Below, one piece after another: positions 9,888 through 21,632 of a stretch of 47,861 nt of DNA. This DNA comes from Octopus bimaculoides. Lineage: Eukaryota. The first letter of the stretch is position 1. The number at the start of each line of letters is the position of its first letter. The stretch lies in the NCBI RefSeq assembly GCF_001194135.2, contig NC_068983.1, positions 134,704,712 through 134,752,572 on the forward strand, in the 5' to 3' direction. The notes beneath the pieces are model-generated. The model did no database searches. It worked only from the letters and a program-made list of their open reading frames with translations, and had not been told where the DNA came from. Position numbers and translations under genes: made by a program.

Positions 9888-11003
9888 NNNNNNNNNNNNN
9901 NNNNNNNNNNNNNNNNNNNNNNNNNNNNNNNNNNNNNNNNNNNNNNNNNNNNNNNNNNNNNNNNNNNNNNNNNNNNNNNNNNNNNNNNNNNNNNNNNNNN
10001 NNNNNNNNNNNNNNNNNNNNNNNNNNNNNNNNNNNNNNNNNNNNNNNNNNNNNNNNNNNNNNNNNNNNNNNNNNNNNNNNNNNNNNNNNNNNNNNNNNNN
10101 NNNNNNNNNNNNNNNNNNNNNNNNNNNNNNNNNNNNNNNNNNNNNNNNNNNNNNNNNNNNNNNNNNNNNNNNNNNNNNNNNNNNNNNNNNNNNNNNNNNN
10201 NNNNNNNNNNNNNNNNNNNNNNNNNNNNNNNNNNNNNNNNNNNNNNNNNNNNNNNNNNNNNNNNNNNNNNNNNNNNNNNNNNNNNNNNNNNNNNNNNNNN
10301 NNNNNNNNNNNNNNNNNNNNNNNNNNNNNNNNNNNNNNNNNNNNNNNNNNNNNNNNNNNNNNNNNNNNNNNNNNNNNNNNNNNNNNNNNNNNNNNNNNNN
10401 NNNNNNNNNNNNNNNNNNNNNNNNNNNNNNNNNNNNNNNNNNNNNNNNNNNNNNNNNNNNNNNNNNNNNNNNNNNNNNNNNNNNNNNNNNNNNNNNNNNN
10501 NNNNNNNNNNNNNNNNNNNNNNNNNNNNNNNNNNNNNNNNNNNNNNNNNNNNNNNNNNNNNNNNNNNNNNNNNNNNNNNNNNNNNNNNNNNNNNNNNNNN
10601 NNNNNNNNNNNNNNNNNNNNNNNNNNNNNNNNNNNNNNNNNNNNNNNNNNNNNNNNNNNNNNNNNNNNNNNNNNNNNNNNNNNNNNNNNNNNNNNNNNNN
10701 NNNNNNNNNNNNNNNNNNNNNNNNNNNNNNNNNNNNNNNNNNNNNNNNNNNNNNNNNNNNNNNNNNNNNNNNNNATACACGCGTTCATGTTACATACAAA
10801 TACTCACACACATGCATACGCACACACGCTCGCATGCACACGCACGCACACACACATAAACACGTACACACACACATACACATTTGTATGTTATAATTCC
10901 GTGTTTTTTTCAAAGTTTTTTTGCCAATAAAGAAAGAGCTGGTTTCTAACATAGACTCAAGACTCCTTTATTTGAATTTCAACATCAACAGGGCATTTGT
11001 GCA

Positions 11004-11471
<468 letters not shown>

Positions 11472-11519
11472 ACGCACATGCATACGTATACACACTCTTA
11501 TATATTTATGCATTCCTAG

Positions 11520-11720
11520 TCGTGGTTGTGGTGTCGGGCTCACGACCATAAAGTCAATCTTCGATTCCCCGACCAAACCAGCATATTGTGTCCTTGAGGA
11601 AGATACTTCAGTTTACGCTACTCAACTGAGATTTTGATTAACCAACTGCTGATGCAGCCACCTACCTCCGCTCTCTCTCTCAAATTGCCGAAACCTGGTT
11701 GTCCCACTGGGCCAAAGATG
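11520..11720 (+). mobile_element. Degenerate tRNA-derived SINE
   Basis: B-box-like ttcgattccc followed by ttgtgtccttgaggaagatactt core-like segment. Confidence 0.4.
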
Positions 11721-11738
11721 AGAGGATCAAGAGAGAGT

Positions 11739-12490
11739 TCGGATCTTGTTCAAAACGGGGGCACCAGTATTTTCTTAACGAAACACTTTGAAACTTGGGA
11801 CACTGGTAGAATGTGTCATATAAAACATCTTTTTCTCTTAGTCTTCTTAACAAAAAAAAAACGTACATCGCAAGTAATTTCATGTTAAAGTTGTCGTATT
11901 TCTGTAATTTCAACCAATGACTGACGTCCATTCAGCCGAATAAATTAAGTGCTGACTACGTAAACAAACGATTCTCGCGGTGATAAAATTATTATTTCTT
12001 TGTCAAAAAATGGCTGAAGCATANNNNNNNNNNNNNNNNNNNNNNNNNNNNNNNNNNNNNNNNNNNNNNNNNNNNNNNNNNNNNNNNNNNNNNNNNNNNN
12101 NNNNNNNNNNNNNNNNNNNNNNNNNNNNNNNNNNNNNNNNNNNNNNNNNNNNNNNNNNNNNNNNNNNNGTTAGGGTTAGGGTTAGGGTTAGGGAAAACGA
12201 ACACACGTGTGTTGCCTCTGCAAAATGTCAGAAGTAATGGAGATTAAATACGCTTTACACCGCTTAAACTGCCAAAGGAGTAAGTGTAAACAACTGAATA
12301 CTTGTCAGTGATTGGTTGAAATTATCGAAATAAGACAATTTTTTACATGAAAAAAATTCGAATACAAATTTTTTTTTCTGTTGTATAACACAAAATAGAT
12401 AAGTATACGAAGTTTGAAAGTCTTTCGGTACCAAAAACACTACATAAAACATTAATGAAAACTGGTGCCCCCGTTTTGAACAAGATCCGA
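11739..12490. mobile_element. Non-autonomous TIR element (MITE) containing (TTAGGG)n
   Basis: Perfect 30-bp TIR tcggatcttgttcaaaacgggggcaccagt at 11739-11768 and 12461-12490; G(TTAGGG)4 at 12169-12193 next to a gap. Confidence 0.8.
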
Positions 12491-12900
12491 GAATTCTTGT
12501 TTACTCGCAACTATTTAGGCACCTAAAACAATTAGCAAAAGCATGATACATGCTACCAAGTCATTAATGATTCCAGTTGACAGCACTAATGTGAGTGTAT
12601 ATGTTACACACAAGTAACAATAGTCGACCTGAAGGATTTTGTTTTACCCCAAAATTAGTTCGTCTTGGAATCAAAAATTAAAATAAAAACGTCAGACAGA
12701 CATAAACTGAATTTCCTTGATCGAAAATACCATAAGTCCAGATTATTGAATTAAGCGAAGTACAAGTTATCAAATACACCAATTTTAGGAGTACAAGTAT
12801 GGGTGGAGCATTTAACGAAAGCGCAGAAAAATGTCGGTTTTGCACTAATTGCCCATCAATGTTTTTAAGGCATGTAGTGGTATGGAGTTGTGTATCCGTA

Positions 12901-12968
12901 TACACACACACACACACACACGAGAAAGAGAGAGACAGAGAAAGTGACAGAGAAAGAGAGAGACAGTG

Positions 12969-13050
<82 letters not shown>
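12901..13050. repeat. (CA)n/(GA)n microsatellites
   Basis: Directly visible. Confidence 0.95.
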
Positions 13051-13258
13051 TGAGAGAATATGTATCCGTACATATGTTCACACACACTCTCACATATAAT
13101 GATAATTATAATTCTTTCTAATTTTGGCACAAGGTCAGCAATCTTGAGGAAAGTGGTTAAGTCGATTACATTGATCCCAGTCCTTGACTGGTACCTTTGT
13201 TTGTAGGATGTTTTTGCATTGTATATGTAATATATAAGCAATACATATGTATTATATT

Positions 13259-13639
13259 GTTGGCACTCCGTCGGTTACGACGTCGAGGGTTCCAGTTGAT
13301 CCGACCAACGGATCAGCCTGCTCGTGAAATTAACGTGCAAGTGGCTGAGCACTCCACAGACACGTATACCCATAACGTAGTTCTCGAGGATATTCAGCGT
13401 GACACAGTGTGACAAGGCTGACCCTTTGAATTACAGGCACAACAGAAACAGGAAGTAAGAGTGAGAGAAAGTTGTGGTGAAAGAGTACAGCAAGGTTCGC
13501 CACCATCCCCTGCCGGAGCCTCGTGGAGCTTTAGGTGTTTTCGCTCAATAAACACTCAGAACGCCCGGTCTGGGAATCGAAATCACGATCCTATGACCGC
13601 GAATCCGCTGCCCTAACCACTGGGCCATTGCGCCTCCAC
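13259..13639 (-). mobile_element. tRNA-derived SINE family C, near full length
   Basis: Minus strand gtggaggcgcaatggcccagtggttagggcagcgg...atttcgattcccagaccggg (A and B boxes) followed by a ~300-bp non-tRNA body. Confidence 0.8.
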
Positions 13640-13709
13640 TCATATGTATTATATATGCAATAACTAAATTACACATTATGTACGTTATTGCCTTTTGTTA
13701 GCACGTGAT

Positions 13710-13777
13710 CCCCCGGTCCTTGGAAAATTGTCTGGCATGAAACTGTTTCATGGTGCCCAAAAAGTTGGAGGCTGTTG
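13710..13777 (-). mobile_element. hAT/Charlie terminal fragment (MER1-like end)
   Basis: Minus strand caacagcctccaactttttgggcaccatgaaacagtttcatgccagacaattttccaaggacc resembles the recalled MER1/Charlie terminus. Confidence 0.55.
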
Positions 13778-14018
13778 CTATATAGATTTACGTCCATCTT
13801 CACACATGAATCCTGCCTGAAATCTAATCTGCATCACTATGGAGTCATATCACCCGTTCAAAAACTCTTGTCTTCAATGTAGTCTTAATATTTTTTACCA
13901 CAAAAGCAATGAGAGCATAGTCGTACGTTTAATACATGTTAGTGATACTTTAGTTTATTAGAGTATAGTAAAAAATTGTATTACTGACCTTTATAAATAT
14001 TATTATTAGAAATGAGAT

Positions 14019-14422
14019 CAGGGTGTCGGGCTGGCAGAACTGTTAGCAAGCTGGGAGAAATGCTTAGCGGTATTTCGTCTGCCGCTACGTTCTGAGTTCA
14101 AATTCCGCCTAGATCAACTTTACCTTTCATCCTTTCGGGTTAGATAAAATAAGGACCGGTTACTCACTGGGGTCGATGAAATCGATTAACCCCCTTCCTC
14201 CCCAAATTTTCAAGGCCTTGTACCTAGAGTAAAAATAATTATTAGAAATGAGATTAAGGCGGCGAGCTGGCAGAATCGTTAGCACACCGGGTAAAGTGCT
14301 TAGCGACATTTCGTCCGTCTTTACATTCTGAGTTCGAATTTACCTTTCGTCTTATCGAGGTCGATGTAATCGGCCAACCCACACCCAACAAAATTGCTAG
14401 CCTTGTACCAACATTTGAAAGC
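14019..14422 (+). mobile_element. Two tandem family B SINEs
   Basis: Heads at ~14019 and 14255; attattagaaatga(g/a)at at 14002, 14238 and 14423. Confidence 0.85.
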
Positions 14423-14479
14423 ATTATTAGAAATGAAATCTATAAAAAAAGAACACAAATAAATAAAGCAATGTATTTG

Positions 14480-14690
14480 TAATGGTAGAAATTTAGAGCA
14501 CCGAAAAAGTGTTAAAGTAGTCAGTTACGGCTCTCTGCGTTCGAAATCCAAATCATGCTGCGATCAACTTTGCCTTTTGTTATTCTGGAGTCGATCTATG
14601 AAATAAAATACCAGTCATGTTCAAGGGTCGATTTTATCAACCATACTCCACTCAATGCATGGTCTTATACCAATGGTACTCTATCACTAT
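14480..14690 (+). mobile_element. Old degenerate family B SINE
   Basis: gatcaactttgcctttt...gtcgat...aaataccagt...ggggtcgat-like motifs. Confidence 0.5.
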
Positions 14691-14869
14691 ATTATACACA
14701 ATGCCGGATATAATGACTTGCTAAACAAGTCATTATATCTAAGGTTGTGGGTTGAAACCAAAACACAAGTACTTTTTCTTAAGATATATTGTTTTTAAAT
14801 TTTGAAAGTGTTTATTCAAACATGCTCATATAACATCAGACACAAACATACGACCTCTCTCTCTTTCTC

Positions 14870-14913
<44 letters not shown>

Positions 14914-15530
14914 TATGTATGTATGTATGTATGTATGTACGTATGTATGTACGTGTGTATGTGTGTGTCTACCTCTAAGTTTGGGAAGCGTATGTGCTTA
15001 TGTGTGTATGTATGTATGTATGTGTGTGTGTGGGGGGGGGGTGCTGGCTTGTGTGTTTGATTGTATGTTTGCCTCTCTAACAGGCAACTCGATATTTTGT
15101 TGAGAAAATGAGAAAGGTTAAGTACCTCTCAGAAATTTACATAAAAGATCAAGAAAACATATAATTATGAAGCGTTATTTGTATGAATGCAGCGCTCTTC
15201 TGAACGTATTTCCCCATGCTTATGAGCAACAACATAACTGATCTCTTTTACTTGAGTCAGGCAAGTTAATTGCTAAACGTTTTCATATTACCTTCCGTTT
15301 AGTTTTGCTTCATACTAACGTTTCACACAATTTCCTTGTAACCAAATCTTGTGGACAGTTGTAACTGAGAAATATCTTCATGAGCTTCAATTACAACCAT
15401 CGGCGATTAATCTGCTAGGAACATTTTACTATATAGACACCGTTACGACAGAAATACGACTTTATTATGTGACTATTTCAGTCAGCATACTGCATAACAC
15501 AAAAGGAATGAATTTTCTACTAGTTGTTTG

Positions 15531-15870
15531 ACCTGTTTGAAATAGCAGCCAAATCCTACCCTAATCACATAGTTTTGTCTCAATAACAGGAAGGGTACAT
15601 TAGATAATGTGGCCCAACGTGTACCCAAAAAACAGGATGTTTCCGGCTGGAATGCCTTAGATCGTAGTTCTGCTCGAACAGAGCTGACTCAAGGTTAAAC
15701 AACTGCATGAATACAGGAATGTGTTTTCCAATCAATAGTAAAATTACCTGTCGTTGCTATTTGTTCTCGGGCCAGCCCTGATCAAATATAATTATGATCA
15801 AAGACACTTCAACCGTAACAAGTCTATTTTTTTCTTAGGCACAATGCACCTTGTATTATCTGGTGCATAC
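15531..15870. mobile_element. Two oppositely oriented old copies of repeat family D
   Basis: gcagccaaat...gtacattagataatg...ggaatgcct (15531-15705) and an inverted copy at ~15746-15870; related copies at 17950-18125 and 25905-26070. Confidence 0.5.
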
Positions 15871-16039
15871 AGAAAGGTACCACTCCAAAAGTGGCTAACA
15901 TTCAATACTAGTCAAAGATTGGACACTAAAAATATTTTTATTGATCTGGATTCTTTTGTACTTGAGATTTTTTATAATTCAATAGAATGGGGAGGTACTC
16001 AAGGTTTTCCCAAGCCTTCTGAAAATGGTGGGGTCAGCT

Positions 16040-16900
16040 TAGTTGATGTTCTTGAATAGCTGCAAGAAGAACATGCATAGGGTGGGAATTCCAGAGTAAT
16101 TTTAGGGAGAAAGTTCTGGACAAGGTGGTTGTTACAAGACGGGAGTGGATGAAATATAGGTGACGACAAAATATTAGTGGTTCGAAATCAACAAGTTCGG
16201 AGAAGCAGAGGTCACTGCAATACTGGCAGGAAAAGAAGAATGAAGAGACAGCATGTCTGTGGTATAGAAGCTGGATTGTATTGATAAGCAACTTAAGATA
16301 AATTAGTCAGATAGCCTTGTGCTATGTGATCTTGAACGTCTTTATATATATAGTTAGCAATACCGTTCCAGATGTGAGAGCAGCATTCCATTGTTAGTCT
16401 CCTTCAGATTTATATAAGCTTAGCAGTTTTTAGTGGCTGACTATGAAGAATAAGGCCAGTTTTTGTAGCATAGTCCTTGCTATGTTGAAGATTTCAGATA
16501 GCTAACAGAAATCATCAATAATTGTGAAGAACATTTTCAGGTATCTTGAATGTTTCAATTAACATGTTATTAATGATTTGGGAAGTACGATATAGCCTTC
16601 TCGATATGTGTTGTGATTATGTCTTTAACTTATTGCAAGAGGCAAGATTGGTATGGCTCCATTGATTAATATTTTCGAGCTCACTGTTCATGGAGGCAAT
16701 GCAAGTTAGATTCCAAGGTTACATGTGGATGACTCTTGGATGTGCAAGATTAGAGTAGGATGTATTTGTAGTATCATTTACATCGAAGTGGGTATAGCTG
16801 GAGGTGACAGCAAACAGGTTGTTGATGTACAGAAGGGAGAGTAGGACAAAAACGAATTTTGAGGCATAGCAAAGTGTGATAGCTGACAGAAAATCACCGA
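16040..16900 (-). mobile_element. CR1/L2-superfamily LINE relic (RT and C-terminus)
   Basis: AMPQNSFL / LLYINNLFAVTSSYTHFDVNDTT (degenerate GVPQGS...YADD), CSHIWNG, KLLWNSHP. Confidence 0.7.
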
Positions 16901-17949
16901 ATCAAAAAACTAGTATAGGTAGAAGTATAAGTAGAAGATTCACAGGCAAGACACCATCGTGCAGCGTTTAACTTTACAGTGTGAAATCTCTAACCACAGC
17001 CGATCTATGGATTACAACTCGAAAGTTCAGCAAACGAATCATTGGTTACGTATCCATATATCTCAATACTAACAGTGGTGAAATGTATCACATTGCAGTA
17101 CTTACCTGCAGCTAGCTGGACTGAGCAAACACGAGCAATCTTAAATATGAACAGAGTGAGGGGAATGGTGTCATGATTGGATTTCTGAAGCCTTTTGCCG
17201 GTATTCTGATACGCCATTGTGTGGGCAACATCGAGTTTCAGTATTCACAGTAAATGTTAACGAACAACGAGAGGTAGATTACAGCAAGGCATCCCATTCT
17301 TTCTAAACAGGTGCCAATCACAAATACGCGCGCGCATGCACACATACATTCACACACATGTGTATAAGTATACACTATTGTGTGCGTGTGCGTGTGTGAG
17401 TTTGCTTGTGCATGTGTATTTGCATCCACAATATATGTTCACTGTATTACTAACATATTTACAACATTTCTCTTTATTTCACATTTTCTATCCTAATTGT
17501 AAATAAATTACTGTCCTTAAAAAAAAAAAAAAAAACTGACATAAAAATCTCATATTTATTCGAGACGTGTAAAAAAAGTTTTTGTTCCGTTCAGCAAAAA
17601 GGTTACTCCTTATATTTAAAAAAGTCCATGACATTTATTGAATAAAATGATGTTAAACTTTTAACCTATTATAATGTTCAGCTCATCCTTTATCAGTACC
17701 CCAGTTCATTTAACACTAACACCTAAATACCACACATCTCCAGGAAATAGAAATACTGTATCATTGCTTTCCTCATGAGCAACTCTCAGCAAGAAACTAT
17801 CTAAAGCTCCTCCCATACCGGTTCTAATTAGTTCTACTGACTTCTCATGGAAAAATGATATTCTCAACATTTCCTAAAAACAAAGCAACAAATTTCTTCC
17901 ATTTTGTGTCAAGTTGTTGAAGTGTAGTTTATTTCTTTTTTTGAATAAT

Positions 17950-18125
17950 TAGCTGCCATCAATTTGCAGCCAAATCTCCCTCAAATAACACCCTGTAACC
18001 TTAGAAAAGGATACATTAAATAATGTAATTCTGGCTTTCCTGTACACAGAAAAAACGTGATGGTCACGACTGAAATGCCTTTTGTGTAGGCCAGCTTGAT
18101 CAGTGCTAACCTGATGCTAAACAAA
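17950..18125. mobile_element. Repeat family D copy
   Basis: gcagccaaatctccctcaaat...gatacattaaataatg...gactgaaatgcct, similar to 15531-15705. Confidence 0.5.
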
Positions 18126-20273
18126 AATAATAACTCCAAACTTACTTGATTGCTCCACTTGCAACAAACAATAACCATATTACCTTCAAATCATACTTTA
18201 TTGTCATAAAGATTGAAGAATGTGCCCTGAATGTTAAAGGCACACAAGAGCTAAATGGTGATGTTACACCGGATGACTGGTGGTATTACACCTACGAACA
18301 CGAACGGTCTCTCTGGTTGGCTTCCACCCAGTTTCTGCCCATTAAATTTCATGTCTCAAGCTTTTGTTCATCTTGAGACAACGGTAAAGGCACTTGATCA
18401 ATGTGCTGCATAGTGAGATCGAACCACACAGCCACACAGTTATGCTTGCATACAAGCATGTTATATCTTTAAATCTTCGTTTTTATCCTTCTAAGGTCGA
18501 TAAAATAGGTACCAGTAAAGTAGCGGAGGCGATATAAATGCTTTCACTCCCTACCTACATTTGTAGCATTGTATTTGAGATAGAAATGAATGTTTAAAGC
18601 TTTATATTTTCTTGTTTGCATGAATCGAAATAAATGTTGGAGTAACAAAGCTTGATCCTAATACTAACTATAAAATACTATACAGTAAGATACAAACTAA
18701 TATAAAGAACCAACTCATTAAAATTACACATGTTAAGAGAAATATAAAATTCTGGTCGAAATGTCAAGGAGGATAACTCTGGATTTACGGTTAATTAAAC
18801 GTTGAATGCAGAGGAGTATGAGTTTGATCTTAGTAGTACAGTGACAACTCTGGACATGTTTCTGTCTTATAAGACCTCCATAGTCAAACAATCTCACAGT
18901 TGCTGTCAATTTTTTTTATATGACTTGAGACATTTATTTCTGTATATTCTACCTTTAATTAATAATTCATTTAAATTCCCATTCTAACCAAACGTATTCG
19001 TTACGGTAATAATTTTACTCTTCATTACCGATGTAATTTTAATTGGTTAAATTTTATCCGCTCACTATATTAAATATATTGGCTCCAGCTTTACTATTTG
19101 TCCTTTATGATGTAGACGTTCCTGTGCATTCTTTCCTCTCACCTGTTATTCATACAGAAAGGAATAGTGATAAATTTAACTTGGGCCATTAAGACAATTC
19201 TAGCAATGAACATTGTTCACAATTACAACGATAGAACTGTAGCAAAATCTTTCAATACGTGACTACGAAAAAAGCACAGATGAAAGAAAAACTACAAACA
19301 TAGGGACAAAATTATTTTTAAAATAGAGACGTGCAGAAATGGTAAAAAAATTCATCTTACATTCATTAAAAAGATTTTGCGAAGTAGATTAATGCATATT
19401 ATTTATGGACTCAGAATTTGAACTCATGTCAATGTAGTATTGTGAATTGTAAACAACGATTGTGAAGGTGACTTATTGAAAAAAAAAAAAAAGGTGAGTG
19501 AAGGAAAACGCCCACACGTCTATACACCCTAATATCCAAATAGCTCAGCAAATCAATCGAGTTAGAGGTTCGGCCCAGGTCTCCATGTGTCAAGTGCTAT
19601 CGACTGAATCTATGAATAATGCAAGGGATTAAGAAGGGGAAATATAAATGTGCTCTAGATATGATCGTTGTTAATTGGTTGCCATAGTGACTAGTACATC
19701 TCATTAAATATTGGCAACTCAATCATTTTTATTTGTCGCTGAAATTTGTTCTGTCTTCAAATGATCGACATTATGCAGTGAACAAGAAAGTTGATCTAAA
19801 ATTCTGGCATAAGCAATTTTCTTTTCCTGTCGGTTCAGAGATCTCTCAGAATATCAAAAGGTATCGTCAATATTATAAAGAATAACAGAAACATCATGAA
19901 GGAAACCGCTAATAATATAAATGCTATAAAAGTTATTGCCAATATTATTATGAACTAGTATATCCGTATCGTCAAAAATCCCGACAGTTTTATTAGTGAT
20001 AGAAAATGGCGATCAAAACAATAAGAGAAACATTTGATAAATATCAACAATCGAGTAAATATATGTGCTGACACAGAATTGAAGCACTTGAACAATCAGA
20101 TACAGTCATAACGTGTCGGTTGAAAATATTAGCACCCATGTAATATATATACAGTATATGTATGTATACACACACACACACACGCGCGCGCGAGAGAGAG
20201 TAAGCACATAAATGCAAAACAAGGTGGAAGAAAATAGCACTCGAATACCGAAGGTAGAGTAATGTGCTTTTTG

Positions 20274-20438
20274 TTTATTAAAGCTGCAAAAACATCACAA
20301 AAAACTGTTACTAAGTGTTTTATGCTTCCGTTTGTCGGACAGTCGTGATCAAGACTGGAATAAATTTTATTCCAGGCTTGATCACAACATGAAACTTTTA
20401 GTAACCGTTTATTGTGATGTTTTTGTAGCTTTAATAAA
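20274..20438. repeat. Foldback hairpin with hammerhead-like relic
   Basis: Outer arms tttattaaagctgcaaaaacatcac... and ...gtgatgtttttgtagctttaataaa; inner 20-bp arms 20345-20364 and 20366-20385 with one mismatch. Confidence 0.85.
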
Positions 20439-20441
20439 AAG

Positions 20442-20494
<53 letters not shown>

Positions 20495-20499
20495 TATAT

Positions 20500-21362
20500 A
20501 CTATAGATATGAGAAATTCTGTCTGTGGGTGTGTTTGTGGAGTTGCTAGCTAACTCCTCCTACATCGTTTTATCGATTTTGATGAAACTTAACATGTGAG
20601 TAGAACTCATGTTTGGGAACCTCATGGCATACTCAGATTATTGAAAAAAGTTGATAATAGGGCTCCTGGAAGGGATCCTTATATATCTAATATATTTCAT
20701 TTTAGCAGCCAAGTGAAATAACCCATTCGCCCAGATTGTAACAGTCAAGGGAAATAACCTATTCATTTTCCTAAATCATTTGGTATAAATCAAATTGAGT
20801 ATGCTTATTTCTTAGTATGTGAACTGTTAGAGTTATTTTCGCAATTTATCCAGTACAACCCTTATACAAGTAAATACTATTTTCTTAAACAATAGATCCA
20901 CTTATTTTGGTTAGTAACCTATTCACGAATATACCAACACTAGCACCCCTGAGGGTAATATTCTCTGGGAATGCACAAAAGCCCTTTTCAGTTATTTACT
21001 TTGAATTGTTATTATCTCATATCTGATTAGCCTGCTATTACGTAACATACTTCACGATTTTAGTACACATACCTTATTAGTATTTCCTCCTAAGTTCTAT
21101 ATACTTTGGGAACGCATCAAAACCCTTTTCGGGGCTACTTTATTTGAATTCTTACTATCGAGTAACTAATTTCATGTTATTATATAACTGACTTCACAAT
21201 TTGGGTAGTCATAACTTATTGGGAATTTCTAAAACCAAGATCCTGTGTAAGATAGTTTGGTATTCTCTATAAATGCACAAAAACCGTTTTAAGGGCTACA
21301 TACTTTGTATTGTTGTTATTGGATTAGCGAAACAATTATGAGAACAGAACCAAGGGATAAGC
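20500..21362 (+). mobile_element. Helitron-like repeat copy 2 (3' end lost)
   Basis: Collinear with 174-980, has an extra ~55-bp segment, and ends abruptly at a Tc1-like TIR remnant. Confidence 0.55.
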
Positions 21363-21585
21363 CCAAAAGCAGGTTTACAGTTATTCCACTATCTCTTTCC
21401 CATTCATATATTAACAATTTAGATCTTAATTATTAAAAAAACATGTAACCATTATTCTATGCTAATTTAGTTAATTTTGTCATGATCCCTTTTTGTAAGG
21501 CAGAAATTTAAATGTAATAAAATGCCTTAAAAGAAATTTAAAGTGCCTACGTGATAACTGTAAACCTATTTTTGGTCCACCCTGT
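21363..21585. mobile_element. Tc1/mariner-type MITE with truncated left TIR
   Basis: Right end ataactgtaaacctatttttggtccaccctgt; left remnant ccaaaagcaggtttacagttat. Confidence 0.6.
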
Positions 21586-21586
21586 G

Positions 21587-21632
<46 letters not shown>

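Noticed and set aside
12169-12193. Chromosome telomere
   Set aside because: Only four visible units, internal, and enclosed by MITE TIRs.
13560-13639. tRNA gene
   Set aside because: A/B boxes continue into a SINE body with no complete cloverleaf; it is a SINE head.
19490-19500. Strong donors AAG|GTGAGT at ~19493 and ~27202
   Set aside because: No well-supported acceptor with an open frame upstream; the first follows a poly-A run in repeat debris.
19148-19860. Good-looking acceptors at ~19147 and ~19838 with small open exons
   Set aside because: Phases do not link to the phase-1 model without unseen exons, and the peptides are uninformative.
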